Shown one piece after another: positions 10,109 through 18,847 of a stretch of DNA of 32,000 bases. Origin of the DNA: Candidatus Kuenenia stuttgartensis (GTDB taxonomy: Bacteria > Planctomycetota > Brocadiia > Brocadiales > Brocadiaceae); assembly GCF_900232105.1 (NCBI RefSeq), contig NZ_LT934425.1, forward strand, positions 2,850,001 through 2,882,000, given 5' to 3'. The position numbers and the translations under genes are program-made. Below the pieces are notes generated by a model. The model was not told the DNA's origin. It saw nothing but the letters and a program-made list of their open reading frames with translations, and ran no database searches. Each line of letters opens with the position of its first letter. The stretch's first letter is position 1.

Positions 10109-10390
10109 TTCTTTATGCTCCTATTCTGTTAAGTATTTTAGTAATAACTTAATTAAAATATTACAAAAGAGCGTGTTTGTCAAGCGCTTTTTTTACAGCA
10201 GCAATATTTTTATTTTGGATGCAGATACACGCAGATTATCAGGATTACATACAAAATTGCCAGTGTGTGTCTGAGAAAATCAGCGTCCTCTTTTGATGGA
10301 AATAAGTGCCTTTGAAGAAGGTTTCGGGAAGGGATTGTTTGTCATAATCGTTGCGAAGGTAATGAAATGAAATTCCTGTACGAATAAAAT

Positions 10391-10744
10391 TTATTTTCTC
10401 GTGGCTGTTTTTGTCTGTCTTCTTTCACTCTCCTTTCGAACTTCTTCGCATGAACGTCGTACAACAGGGTAATTTCCGGAAATAAACATAAATAGCGAAT
10501 CTGCCATTTTGGGGCGTGTGATGTAATAACAACGAAGCGCTCCATCCTCATAAAAATCAATTATCTTAAGCCTTCGCAATACCGAAAGATGTTGAGAGAG
10601 GTTGGACTGTTCAATGTCCAATAAATCCTGGATATCCGTTACACACTTAGCCCCTTCAGCAATCTCTTCCAATATCAACAATCTGGTTGGATGTCCCAGG
10701 ATCTTTAAAATTTCCGCTTTGTCTCTTATATCTAATTTATTCAT
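10391..10744 (-). CDS. ArsR-family transcriptional regulator
   Basis: EILKILGHPTRLLILEEIAEGAKCVTDIQDLLDIEQSNLSQHLSVLRRLKIIDFYEDGALRCYYI. Confidence 0.93.
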   Translation of the reverse strand: MNKLDIRDKAEILKILGHPTRLLILEEIAEGAKCVTDIQDLLDIEQSNLSQHLSVLRRLKIIDFYEDGALRCYYITRPKMADSLFMFISGNYPVVRRSCEEVRKESERRQTKTATRK

Positions 10745-10773
10745 TTGTCATTCCTCTCTTTGTATATTTTACT

Positions 10774-10813
10774 TGATTGAAATATAATATGATAATATTC
10801 TAATACAATCAAT
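10774..10813. promoter_or_regulatory. Candidate operator in the divergent arsR/methyltransferase intergenic region
   Basis: TTGATTG (10774-10780) ... CAATCAA (10807-10813) around a very AT-rich core. Confidence 0.3.
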
Positions 10814-10938
10814 AATATTTTCAGGGGTTAGTTTTTTTACATCTGGAGGTTCAAGGGATACTTCAGGTGGCGGTATTTTAACTCAGATAACTTGCTAAAA
10901 TAAATGAAGAATGGCTTTAGATAAAAAGGGGGAAATTT

Positions 10939-11757
10939 ATGAGTGAAACCATTTCCGATATTGGCGTATTTAAATCCCGGCTCCAGGCGACCTGGGCAGC
11001 AGGAAATTTCGGAGAGATTGCAAAATCGTATGAAGATGGCGCAGCAGAATTTGTTGATAGACTGAAGGTCACTCCCGGCCTTAGAGTACTTGATGTTGCA
11101 TGCGGTACCGGTAATCTTACTTTGCCATGTGCGCGGGCCGGCGCATGTGTTACCGGAGTAGACATAGTTCCTAATCTCCTGGAACAAGGCAGAGATCGTG
11201 CGAAAACAGAGGGACTCCTGATCAAGCTTGATGAAGGCGATGTTGAAAACCTTCCCTATCCCGACCACACCTTTGATTTGGTGGTTACGATGTTTGGGGC
11301 AATGTTTGCCCCACACCCGGAAAAGACTGCGGCAGAGCTTGTCCGCGTATGCCGCCCTGGCGGACGTATCGCTATGGCCAACTGGGTGTCTTCCGGATTT
11401 ATTGGACAGGTATTCAAGACGACCACCAGTCGTGTTCCTCCACCGCCGGGAGTGCCATCTCCACTTCTTTGGGGAGACGAAGCCACGGTGCGTGAACGCC
11501 TGCAGAAAGGCACATCAGCATTAGAGTTTGCTCGATGCATTATATCCTTTAAGTTCCCGTTTGCTCCTGCAGAAGTGGTCGAGTTTTGGAGGCAGTTTTA
11601 TGGTCCGACACAGCGAGCGTTCGCTGCACTTGATGCCGATGGACAAGCCGCATTTCGCAAAGATCTCGAAGGGCTTTGGACCGCCCACAACAAAGGAAAT
11701 AGAGGCTCCACTCTCGTTGAGTCGGAATACCTGGTGGTGGTGGCGCTCCGGACATGA
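10939..11757 (+). CDS. Class I SAM-dependent methyltransferase
   Basis: VLDVACGTGNLTLPCARAGACVTGVDIVPNLLEQGRDRA; FDLVVTMFGAMFAPHPEKTAAELVRVCRPGGRIAMANW. Confidence 0.9.
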   Translation: MSETISDIGVFKSRLQATWAAGNFGEIAKSYEDGAAEFVDRLKVTPGLRVLDVACGTGNLTLPCARAGACVTGVDIVPNLLEQGRDRAKTEGLLIKLDEGDVENLPYPDHTFDLVVTMFGAMFAPHPEKTAAELVRVCRPGGRIAMANWVSSGFIGQVFKTTTSRVPPPPGVPSPLLWGDEATVRERLQKGTSALEFARCIISFKFPFAPAEVVEFWRQFYGPTQRAFAALDADGQAAFRKDLEGLWTAHNKGNRGSTLVESEYLVVVALRT

Positions 11758-12955
11758 TCATTTCAACCGCTTGACAACCCTTTTTCTGCCGGGAATATTG
11801 CTAACATTGTGTCACTCGTAAAACTCTTCTTGGTTTTCCTGAAAGGTGAAGGCAATAAAATGAAACTGTGGTTATCTTTATTCTCTTTCTGTCTTATTAT
11901 TTTTATCGCCTTGCATGACGTAGCCTATGCAGATATCGAACAGGTTGGCACTAATGCCCCTGATTTTACACTTCCCAATATCAAAGATAAAAAAAAGACC
12001 GAAGATATAAGTGATAAATACCTCAGAGCCCCTTTGCTTGGGTTAGACATGGATAGGGTTGCCGATGCACTTCAAGAGATAAAGCCAGAATCCAACTGGT
12101 TCCAGACGAAACCCGAATCAGATAGATACAAAACCATTTTTAGTATTGAATCTATAGCAACGGGTATTGACGTTGACTTCAAAGACGCTACTGCAAAAAC
12201 TCAAGGCGCCTTTGATTATACGATGGGATTTCTCACACAGAGGATGCACAAGGAGTGGGAACCAACGTACACACTACCCCGGCCGTCGAATGTATTTTCC
12301 ATCGAAGAAGGTGCGGCAATAACGACAAGGGCAAGGGCGGGTGTTTATGCAGATATGTCAGAGGACTGGACTGTAGGCCTGGAGGTTGATGCATATGGAC
12401 TGGGAGGTGATGCCGGTACCGGAGATATATGGGGTGTTACCCTGCCGTATTTTTCCAATCCTTTTGCGGGACACTCGAATGACGTCTCACTCAACACGGC
12501 CTGGGCGCGGTACCAACCCTTAGATACCACTATGTCCGTAGGCGCCTTCACTCCGCTGCACGTGGGTGATTACGGAACCCAATCCGACCTTTTACGGACC
12601 AGACTATTTGCCCTTTTATGGAGTTAATGTTGTCAGGCGATTTTATAACCCCTTCGTTATTCCATCAACCCTGTACGAGGTATATTTTGCAGAATTACCG
12701 GAAGATTCAGATTCTACCAGTTGGGTGGGTGGATTCTACGTGGGAAGGGAATATGAAGATATGAAATTTGGTTTCAATTTTATGAGTCCGTTTAACAGGG
12801 GCGCATCAACATCTGAAACAGACTCACCCTTACAGGGTATGGTGGATGGTAATCCGGTACGATGGGAGTCTCCTTACAATAAAACAGGGAAACAGGACGC
12901 GTTTGTCCTCGGTGCAGAGTACTCGTATAATTTCCTGACGACCTATAAGGCATGG

Positions 12956-13049
12956 GTTGCCTATGCACATAGTATTTATCGACCGCAATGCGTTCTCTAT
13001 CTGCCATGTCTTTTTCTCTAGTTGCCTATGCACATAGTATTTATCGACC
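12956..13049 (+). repeat. Pair of identical 29-bp direct repeats separated by 36 bp
   Basis: GTTGCCTATGCACATAGTATTTATCGACC at 12956-12984 and 13021-13049. Confidence 0.95.
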
Positions 13050-13697
13050 TATCGGAAGCGATGGAATCGATGTTCATGGAAATCTGTTTAATACGGGCAT
13101 CAGTGGCACAGTCGGGAGGGTAAGTTTTAACTTGGAAGGCATTTGGGTCGAACCGAAGTATGACCCCTTTGTGATAAAGATGGAAAGACCAGGCGATGTC
13201 CAATCTCCTGGTCTCTTTTATGAACTTCCCTATTTCACAACATATGCGGATAGTTGGCAACTCCACGACGCAAAGAAGTATCCGCAAAATAGAGAGGGAG
13301 TACGACTGCACCTTGACTATCCATTCCCTGGAATCCTTTCTTTTACAAGGCTTTTTGCAGACATGGATTACTTACGACAGATAGAAAGTTCAAAGGCAGG
13401 CAATGTTCAAGAGCCTGGTTTTATAGAGCCTTTCTTTGGTATCAGAACACAGGAAGGCACTGGAAAAAAGGGGAGTATATCTCACGGAGGAATAGGTGTT
13501 GCCTCTGATTTGCCTTACAATCATAAGGTCTCCCTGGTATATTCGCTGTATCAATACAGACGTAAAACGGATGATGCCAATAATATGGATTTTGATGTGA
13601 ATGCTATTTCCCTGACATACGGGATCCCAATACTTTATCGGCTCAGGTCTAAGATGTATTTTAATGTAGGGAATACCTTCTTAGCAGTTGATGGTAA

Positions 13698-13796
13698 GGC
13701 ACTGTAAATAAATAAAGGTATCAAGTAGATCAATTTCATGCTCTGGAAACATGCAATCAAGGCTTCAAAGTGAGACGTTAATTTATTTACAGCGCC
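13698..13796 (-). mobile_element. MITE-like element copy B (99 bp), inserted in beta-barrel ORF
   Basis: GGCACTGTAAATAAAT...ATTTATTTACAGCGCC, flanked by TAA on both sides; exact reverse complement of copy A. Confidence 0.9.
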
Positions 13797-14012
13797 TAAG
13801 TATTTCTCTGAATCGCATAATGCAGACTTCTTTCAATCAGCGCCGTTTATGGGAATTGATTATAAGTATCTACGATCGCCTGATACTGTCATATCGTTCT
13901 TTGTTAATTCAAGGTATCTTGTACAGAACGACAGAGCAAAGACACTACTCTTGGGTGATTATGATGCCTTTTTTACCAGCTTTGGTTTAAAAATCGAATT
14001 TTGAGCATAGAC

Positions 14013-15173
14013 ATGAACACCTTTAAAATAATTCTGTTTTTAACAGTTAGTATTATCGCCTCCCATGTTTTGTTGGGTAGTGATGCAGGTGTCACATTTA
14101 TTGGCCCATCAAATTATATTCCCCGGTTAGACTTGCCCCAAAATATTCCTTTACATAGCGCCGACTCATGTAAAGATTGTCACCGGGAAATTTATGACCA
14201 ATGGCGGGAGTCCTTGCACAGCAAATCATCGACAAACCCTGTATTTCAGGCATGCTGGACGGCAAGGAATAATCCTCCCTTCTGCTCTAATTGCCATTTT
14301 CCCATGCTGGAACAGAAGCCTAAAATATTACGGGGGTTTAAAGAAACTGGCCCTTCGCCTTTTGTCGCAATAAAAAACAAAGAATTTGATGCTATTCTTA
14401 TGAAAGAGGGCGTGACTTGTGTGGTTTGTCATTTGCGAAATAAAACCATTTATGGCCCCCGAAAGATAAAGGAAGGGGAAGCGCCGCACCCGGTTAAATA
14501 CGATCCGTCTTTTCAAAAGTCTGAGTTCTGTTATACCTGTCATTCCTGGGGCTTTCCACGGGCAAGGATTAAAAAGACATGCTATACCAGCGATGAGTAT
14601 AAAAGGTCGGGCAAAAAGGAGACCTGTCAGGATTGTCACATGGAGAGGAAAGAAGGGCTTGCCTCATTGGGAAAGCCAAGGCGTATTTACGGTATGCATG
14701 ACCAGAAAAGCTCTCGCAGTCCTGAGGAATTAAGAAAAGCGCTTAAAACAGAATTAAAAACGGAAAAGGATACCTCTAAACCGGGAGATAAGGTAAAGGC
14801 CGAAATAAGGGTCACCAACACCGGGGCCGGGCATTATGTGCCAACGGGTTGCCCGGTCAGGGCCATTGCTGCCCGCGTGGCGGTGCTGGATGAAAATGGA
14901 GAGGAAAAGGGATTAAAGGAATATTTCATTACAAGGACATTCGAGTTTCCCGGATACCCAACGGAGGTGAAAGATGGGAGATTGGCGCCTGGAGAGTGTA
15001 AATCATTTTATTACAAATACAAAATCCCACGTGATGCATCCTTTAAAAAGCTAACGTTGCGATTAGACATGATTGAATATTTAATATTCCCCAAGAAGGC
15101 TGATGAGGCGCCCATACCTTTCAGCAAGATTACCGTACCTTTTTATTCTACATCGGTGGAAATAATGAAATGA
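14013..15173 (+). CDS. Periplasmic multiheme (5 x CxxCH) c-type cytochrome, cytochrome c-554-like
   Basis: Signal-like N-terminus MNTFKIILFLTVSIIASHVLLG; CKDCH, CSNCH, CVVCH, CYTCH, CQDCH motifs. Confidence 0.88.
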   Translation: MNTFKIILFLTVSIIASHVLLGSDAGVTFIGPSNYIPRLDLPQNIPLHSADSCKDCHREIYDQWRESLHSKSSTNPVFQACWTARNNPPFCSNCHFPMLEQKPKILRGFKETGPSPFVAIKNKEFDAILMKEGVTCVVCHLRNKTIYGPRKIKEGEAPHPVKYDPSFQKSEFCYTCHSWGFPRARIKKTCYTSDEYKRSGKKETCQDCHMERKEGLASLGKPRRIYGMHDQKSSRSPEELRKALKTELKTEKDTSKPGDKVKAEIRVTNTGAGHYVPTGCPVRAIAARVAVLDENGEEKGLKEYFITRTFEFPGYPTEVKDGRLAPGECKSFYYKYKIPRDASFKKLTLRLDMIEYLIFPKKADEAPIPFSKITVPFYSTSVEIMK

Positions 15174-15179
15174 GGAAGT

Positions 15180-15536
15180 TTGAAATTGAAAAAACTTGAT
15201 TTAAGAAAAAAAGCTGATCGATTACGAATTCTTGCACACCCGACAAGGCTGGCAATCCTGGAAGAACTTTCCCGTGGAGCTAAATGTGTCACAGACATAC
15301 AGGATTTGCTTGATGTGCCTCAGTCAAACGTCTCACAGCATTTAACGGCTCTTCGTCATGAACAGATTGTCGATTATCATGAGGACGGCAAACTTAGGTG
15401 TTATTACATTACGCGCCCAAAGCTGGTTGAAAAATTGCTTGCATTCTTATCGGAGGAATATCCTGTGGAGAGACGTTCTCCGGAGTCAGTTCACGGAGAA
15501 GGAAAGAGTCGGGAAAAGGCGTGCTCTCTTCGGTAG
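15180..15536 (+). CDS. ArsR-family transcriptional regulator (close paralog of 10391-10744)
   Basis: RLRILAHPTRLAILEELSRGAKCVTDIQDLLDVPQSNVSQHLTALRHEQIVDYHEDGKLRCYYITRP. Confidence 0.93.
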   Translation: MKLKKLDLRKKADRLRILAHPTRLAILEELSRGAKCVTDIQDLLDVPQSNVSQHLTALRHEQIVDYHEDGKLRCYYITRPKLVEKLLAFLSEEYPVERRSPESVHGEGKSREKACSLR

Positions 15537-15571
15537 AAAACTTTTATGCATTTTTAGGAGGTAGTTATTGG

Positions 15572-16732
15572 ATGGGTGAAGTGAAAGTTTACTTTGATAA
15601 TAATGCAAGCACTCCAATTGACCCAAACGTGATCGTTGAGATGGAGCCGTTTATCAGGCAATATTATGGCAATCCTTCCAGTGGCCATTGGTTTGGTAAG
15701 AAGGGAAGGGAGGCTGTTGATACGGCAAGAAGACAAGTAGCTGAATTAATCGGGGCGAGTCCTCATGAGATTATCTTTACGAGCGGCGGGAGCGAGTCTA
15801 ATAACCATGCATTAAAAGGTGTCGCTTTTGCCCTTAAAGGAAAGGGGAATCATATTGTTACTTCGGTTGTTGAGCATCCTGCAATAATCAATCCCTGCAA
15901 ATATCTTGAAACAAAGGGATTCAAGGTAACGTATGTTGGCGTGGATGAGTATGGCTGCGTCAATGCCGATGATATTGAAGAAGCGATAATTGATGAGACA
16001 GTTTTAGTTTCGGTGATGCATGCAAACAATGAAACCGGAACTATTCAGCCGATAGCGGAAATTAGCAAGATATGCAGAAAAAGAGGAATTTATTTTCATT
16101 CTGACACGGCACAGTCCGTTGGAAAAATACCAGTGGACGTGAACGAGCTAGGCGTCGATTTGTTGACCATTGCAGGCCATAAATTTCATGCACCCAAAGG
16201 AGTCGGGGCGTTATACATCCGTGAAGGTGTGGACGTGGAACCATTGATTCATGGCGCCAGCCACGAAATGGGCCTGCGGGCAGGGACAGAAAATGTTGCA
16301 GGGGTAGGAGGGCTGGGAAAAGCAAGTCTGATGTCTGCCGTGAGAATGGATGAGTACATTAAAAATATCCGGTATTTGAGAGATTTGCTGCATGAAAAAC
16401 TGAAGGGAATTGCAGCAGTGAAGTTAAACGGCCATCCCACGCAAAGACTTCCTAATACCCTGAATGTGAGTTTTGAGGGCATTGACAGCTCAGCATTGGT
16501 ATCCAAGCTGGAAGACGTCGCTCTCTCAACAGGATCTGCTTGCCATGATCAGGTGAGACGGCCTTCCACTGTACTAACCGCCATGAATATTCCGGCAGAA
16601 TTGGCAATGGGCGCAGTGAGGTTTAGTCTGGGGAGATTCAATACGGAAGATGAGGTAAATTACGTTGTTGATGAAATAAAAAGAGTTATGAGTGAAATAG
16701 GTATTAAAAAGATGAGGGGGGAAGATGTATGA
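15572..16732 (+). CDS. Cysteine desulfurase (NifS/IscS family)
   Basis: AGGAGG precedes ATG 15572; YFDNNASTPIDPNV, TSGGSESNNHALKG, HSDTAQSVGKIPVDV, DLLTIAGHKFHAPKGVGALYI, LSTGSACHDQ active-site loop. Confidence 0.93.
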   Translation: MGEVKVYFDNNASTPIDPNVIVEMEPFIRQYYGNPSSGHWFGKKGREAVDTARRQVAELIGASPHEIIFTSGGSESNNHALKGVAFALKGKGNHIVTSVVEHPAIINPCKYLETKGFKVTYVGVDEYGCVNADDIEEAIIDETVLVSVMHANNETGTIQPIAEISKICRKRGIYFHSDTAQSVGKIPVDVNELGVDLLTIAGHKFHAPKGVGALYIREGVDVEPLIHGASHEMGLRAGTENVAGVGGLGKASLMSAVRMDEYIKNIRYLRDLLHEKLKGIAAVKLNGHPTQRLPNTLNVSFEGIDSSALVSKLEDVALSTGSACHDQVRRPSTVLTAMNIPAELAMGAVRFSLGRFNTEDEVNYVVDEIKRVMSEIGIKKMRGEDV

Positions 16733-17049
16733 AGATTGGAGTTATTATTTCAAGTAATGATGCCGAAACTTGCTGGAATGCCTTACGTTTTGCAAACTTC
16801 TGCCTGTCCCGGGAAGACGCGGTCAAGATATTTTTTACAGGCAAAGGAGTTGATTATCAAAGGATAAGCACTGAGAAGTTCAATACGATTGAGCAGGCGG
16901 AAAAATTTGTGCAAAGCGGGGGAAGGGTTTATGCCTGTGGCACTTGCATCAGATTAAGAAACCAGGAAGGTTCTGAAATGTGTCCTGTTTCTACAATGAA
17001 AGACATGTACGAAATTGTAAAAGAGAGCGATAAAATCGTAACATTCTAG
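16729..17049 (+). CDS. DsrE-family-like small protein, overlapping cysteine desulfurase by ATGA
   Basis: MKIGVIISSNDAETCWNALRFANFCLSREDAVKIFFTGKGVDYQ...VQSGGRVYACGTCIRLRNQEGSEMCPVSTMKDMYEIVKESDKIVTF. Confidence 0.8.
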   Translation: MKIGVIISSNDAETCWNALRFANFCLSREDAVKIFFTGKGVDYQRISTEKFNTIEQAEKFVQSGGRVYACGTCIRLRNQEGSEMCPVSTMKDMYEIVKESDKIVTF

Positions 17050-17050
17050 A

Positions 17051-17058
17051 CAAATTTC
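17051..17058. repeat. Left 8-bp target-site duplication CAAATTTC of IS66-family element
   Basis: Identical to 18776-18783. Confidence 0.95.
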
Positions 17059-18775
17059 GTATCTATTCAGCGAAAATAATTTAGAATTTACTTGACAGAT
17101 AATGAGAAAAGCAGGCAGCAAGTATGGTTAGCGATATATAGGGTTGCAGATGCGGTCACTGCAGTCCATAGGAAGTCTTTACAAAGAGAGGCGTGAGGTC
17201 TGTTCAGTGATAGAAATTCGAGCCTTTGTGGTGTGTTATAGAGCGAAAGAAAAGGGTGAAAAAATCTGTGGTATAATAGATGCAGTAGATAATTTCAGGC
17301 TAATTATACAGGTATCATCCATTGACGATAGAGAATATAGACGTAGACGCAACACTCCGGAAAGTAGAGAAGCTACTTTCTGAAGAGAAAGGGCTGTCAC
17401 CGGCGGTGAGGTCAATGATAGAGTTGTTGGTATTATTGATAACACTGCTGGCAGGACGTCTGAACCGGAACAGCCGCAACAGCAGCAAGCCGCCCTCAAG
17501 TGATCCGAATCGCAAGAGAGAAAGCAAGGCGAAGGGTGAAAGGAAGGCAGGCGGGCAAAAGGGCCGTGATGGAGTAACGCTCAAAAAGGTAGACAATCCT
17601 GATGAGGTGGAAGTAATAAAAGTAGACCGGAGGAAGTATCCGCGCAGCAAATACAAGGTGGTAGGTTACGAAGCACGCCAGGTGTTTGATATAAAGATTT
17701 CGCGTGTAGTAACGGAGTATCGTGCAGAGGTAGTTGAGGATGCGAAAGGGAATCGGATTGTAGCGTCATTTCCGGAAGGGGTAACAAAGGCGGTGCAGTA
17801 TGGTCCGGATTTGAAAGCGCATGCAGTCTATATGTCGCAGTATCAATTGATACCCTACAAGAGGATACAGGAGTATTTTGAAGGGCAGATTGGTATACCG
17901 CTGAGTGAAGGTTCTATTTACAACTTTAACAGGGAAGCCTACGAGTCATTGGAACCCTTCGATGTGAGAGCCAGGGAAGAACTTACAAAATCAGAGGTGA
18001 TGCATGTGGATGAAACGGGCATCAACAAGAATGGAGACAGGTATTGGTTGCACAGTGCATCCAATAGTTTGTGGACGTACTTTTTCCCACATGAAAGGCG
18101 TGGAACAGAAGCGATAAATAGTATTGGTATATTACCTGAATTTAGGGGGATTCTTTGCCATGACCATTTGAAGTCGTATTACACCTATAGCAACTGTATG
18201 CATGCGTTGTGTAATGCGCACCACTTGAGGGAATTGGAGGGGGTGTGGGAAGATGATAATAAGCAGGAGTGGGCGAAAGAGATGAAAGCATTACTTAAAG
18301 AGATAAACCGTGCGACAAGCGATGCGGGGGGAATACTGGGAACCGATGAGTCTGAAAAATACCGGCAAAGGTATAGGACGATACTACAAAACGCAGAAGC
18401 CGAAAGCTCTCCTCCTGATGAAACGAACCGTAAGGGAAAAAGGGGTAGGGTAAGAAGGACAAAGGCCCGGAATCTTCTGGAACGATTGAGGAAGTATGAG
18501 GGTGATGTGCTGAGGTTTATGGACAATAAAAATGTCCCCTTTACGAACAATTTGGCAGAAAACGATATCAGGATGACGAAGGTTCAGCAGAAGATATCGG
18601 GCTGTTTTCGTTCTTTGGAGGGAGCGAAAATTTTCTGCCGCATTCGGAGTTATCTCTCGACCTGTCGAAAACAAGGGGTAAATTTGAGCCGGGCATTACA
18701 GATGCTATTCCGTGGTGAATTGCCTGATTTTGCCAGCTCGTAGCGACAGTGGATGAAAATACGCTGAATAGATAC
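17059..18775 (+). mobile_element. IS66-family insertion sequence, single-transposase type (1717 bp)
   Basis: TIRs GTATCTATTCAGCG (17059-17072) / CGCTGAATAGATAC (18762-18775), perfect 8-bp duplication, transposase inside. Confidence 0.93.
17322..18743 (+). CDS. tnpC: IS66-family transposase (TTG start proposed by track)
   Basis: NSRNSSKPPSSDPNRK, KSEVMHVDETGINKNGDRYWLHSASNSLWTYFFPHERRGTEAI, CNAHHLREL, FTNNLAENDIRMTKVQQKISGCFRSLEGAKIFCRIRSYLSTCRKQG. Confidence 0.95.
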   Translation: MTIENIDVDATLRKVEKLLSEEKGLSPAVRSMIELLVLLITLLAGRLNRNSRNSSKPPSSDPNRKRESKAKGERKAGGQKGRDGVTLKKVDNPDEVEVIKVDRRKYPRSKYKVVGYEARQVFDIKISRVVTEYRAEVVEDAKGNRIVASFPEGVTKAVQYGPDLKAHAVYMSQYQLIPYKRIQEYFEGQIGIPLSEGSIYNFNREAYESLEPFDVRAREELTKSEVMHVDETGINKNGDRYWLHSASNSLWTYFFPHERRGTEAINSIGILPEFRGILCHDHLKSYYTYSNCMHALCNAHHLRELEGVWEDDNKQEWAKEMKALLKEINRATSDAGGILGTDESEKYRQRYRTILQNAEAESSPPDETNRKGKRGRVRRTKARNLLERLRKYEGDVLRFMDNKNVPFTNNLAENDIRMTKVQQKISGCFRSLEGAKIFCRIRSYLSTCRKQGVNLSRALQMLFRGELPDFASS

Positions 18776-18847
18776 CAAATTTCTGCTAAAACATTCTCAA
18801 AAGAATTATGATTATGAACAATACATTATATAGAGGGATGCAAAGCG

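Larger units (their letters stand above)
11860..14004 (+). pseudogene. Outer-membrane beta-barrel/porin-like protein, interrupted by a frameshift (~12575), a 65-bp partial duplication (~12956-13049) and MITE copy B (13698-13796)
   Basis: Signal peptide MKLWLSLFSFCLIIFIALHDVAYA; aromatic/Gly beta-strand pattern; fragments 11809-12627, 12566-13021, 12988-13707 and the unlisted terminal piece KYFSESHNADFFQSAPFMGIDYKYLRSPDTVISFFVNSRYLVQNDRAKTLLLGDYDAFFTSFGLKIEF* (13798-14004) read as one protein if the three lesions are removed. Confidence 0.8.

Noticed and set aside
9246-10274. 342-aa plus-strand ORF listed in the track
   Set aside because: Antisense to the arsR and Cys-rich genes, overlaps MITE copy A, has low-complexity composition and no recognisable domain.
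10837-11316. 159-aa minus-strand ORF over the methyltransferase N-terminus
   Set aside because: Fully antisense to a convincing SAM-methyltransferase reading frame; no homology signals.
11860-12000. Thioredoxin/peroxiredoxin-like domain at the N-terminus of the beta-barrel protein (GTNAPDFTLPN)
   Set aside because: Only the short APDFTLP-like string matches; no CxxC or peroxidatic Cys follows, so a domain call is not supported.
9276-13796. Composite transposon bounded by the two MITE copies
   Set aside because: Each copy carries its own TTA/TAA duplication and copy B lies inside a gene whose two halves are collinear on both sides, so the copies look like independent insertions rather than the ends of one mobilised unit.
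17144-17383. 79-aa ORF upstream of the IS66 transposase as an accessory IS gene
   Set aside because: Overlaps the transposase start, does not resemble TnpA or TnpB, and is rich in Arg/Glu with no known motif; treated as IS leader sequence.
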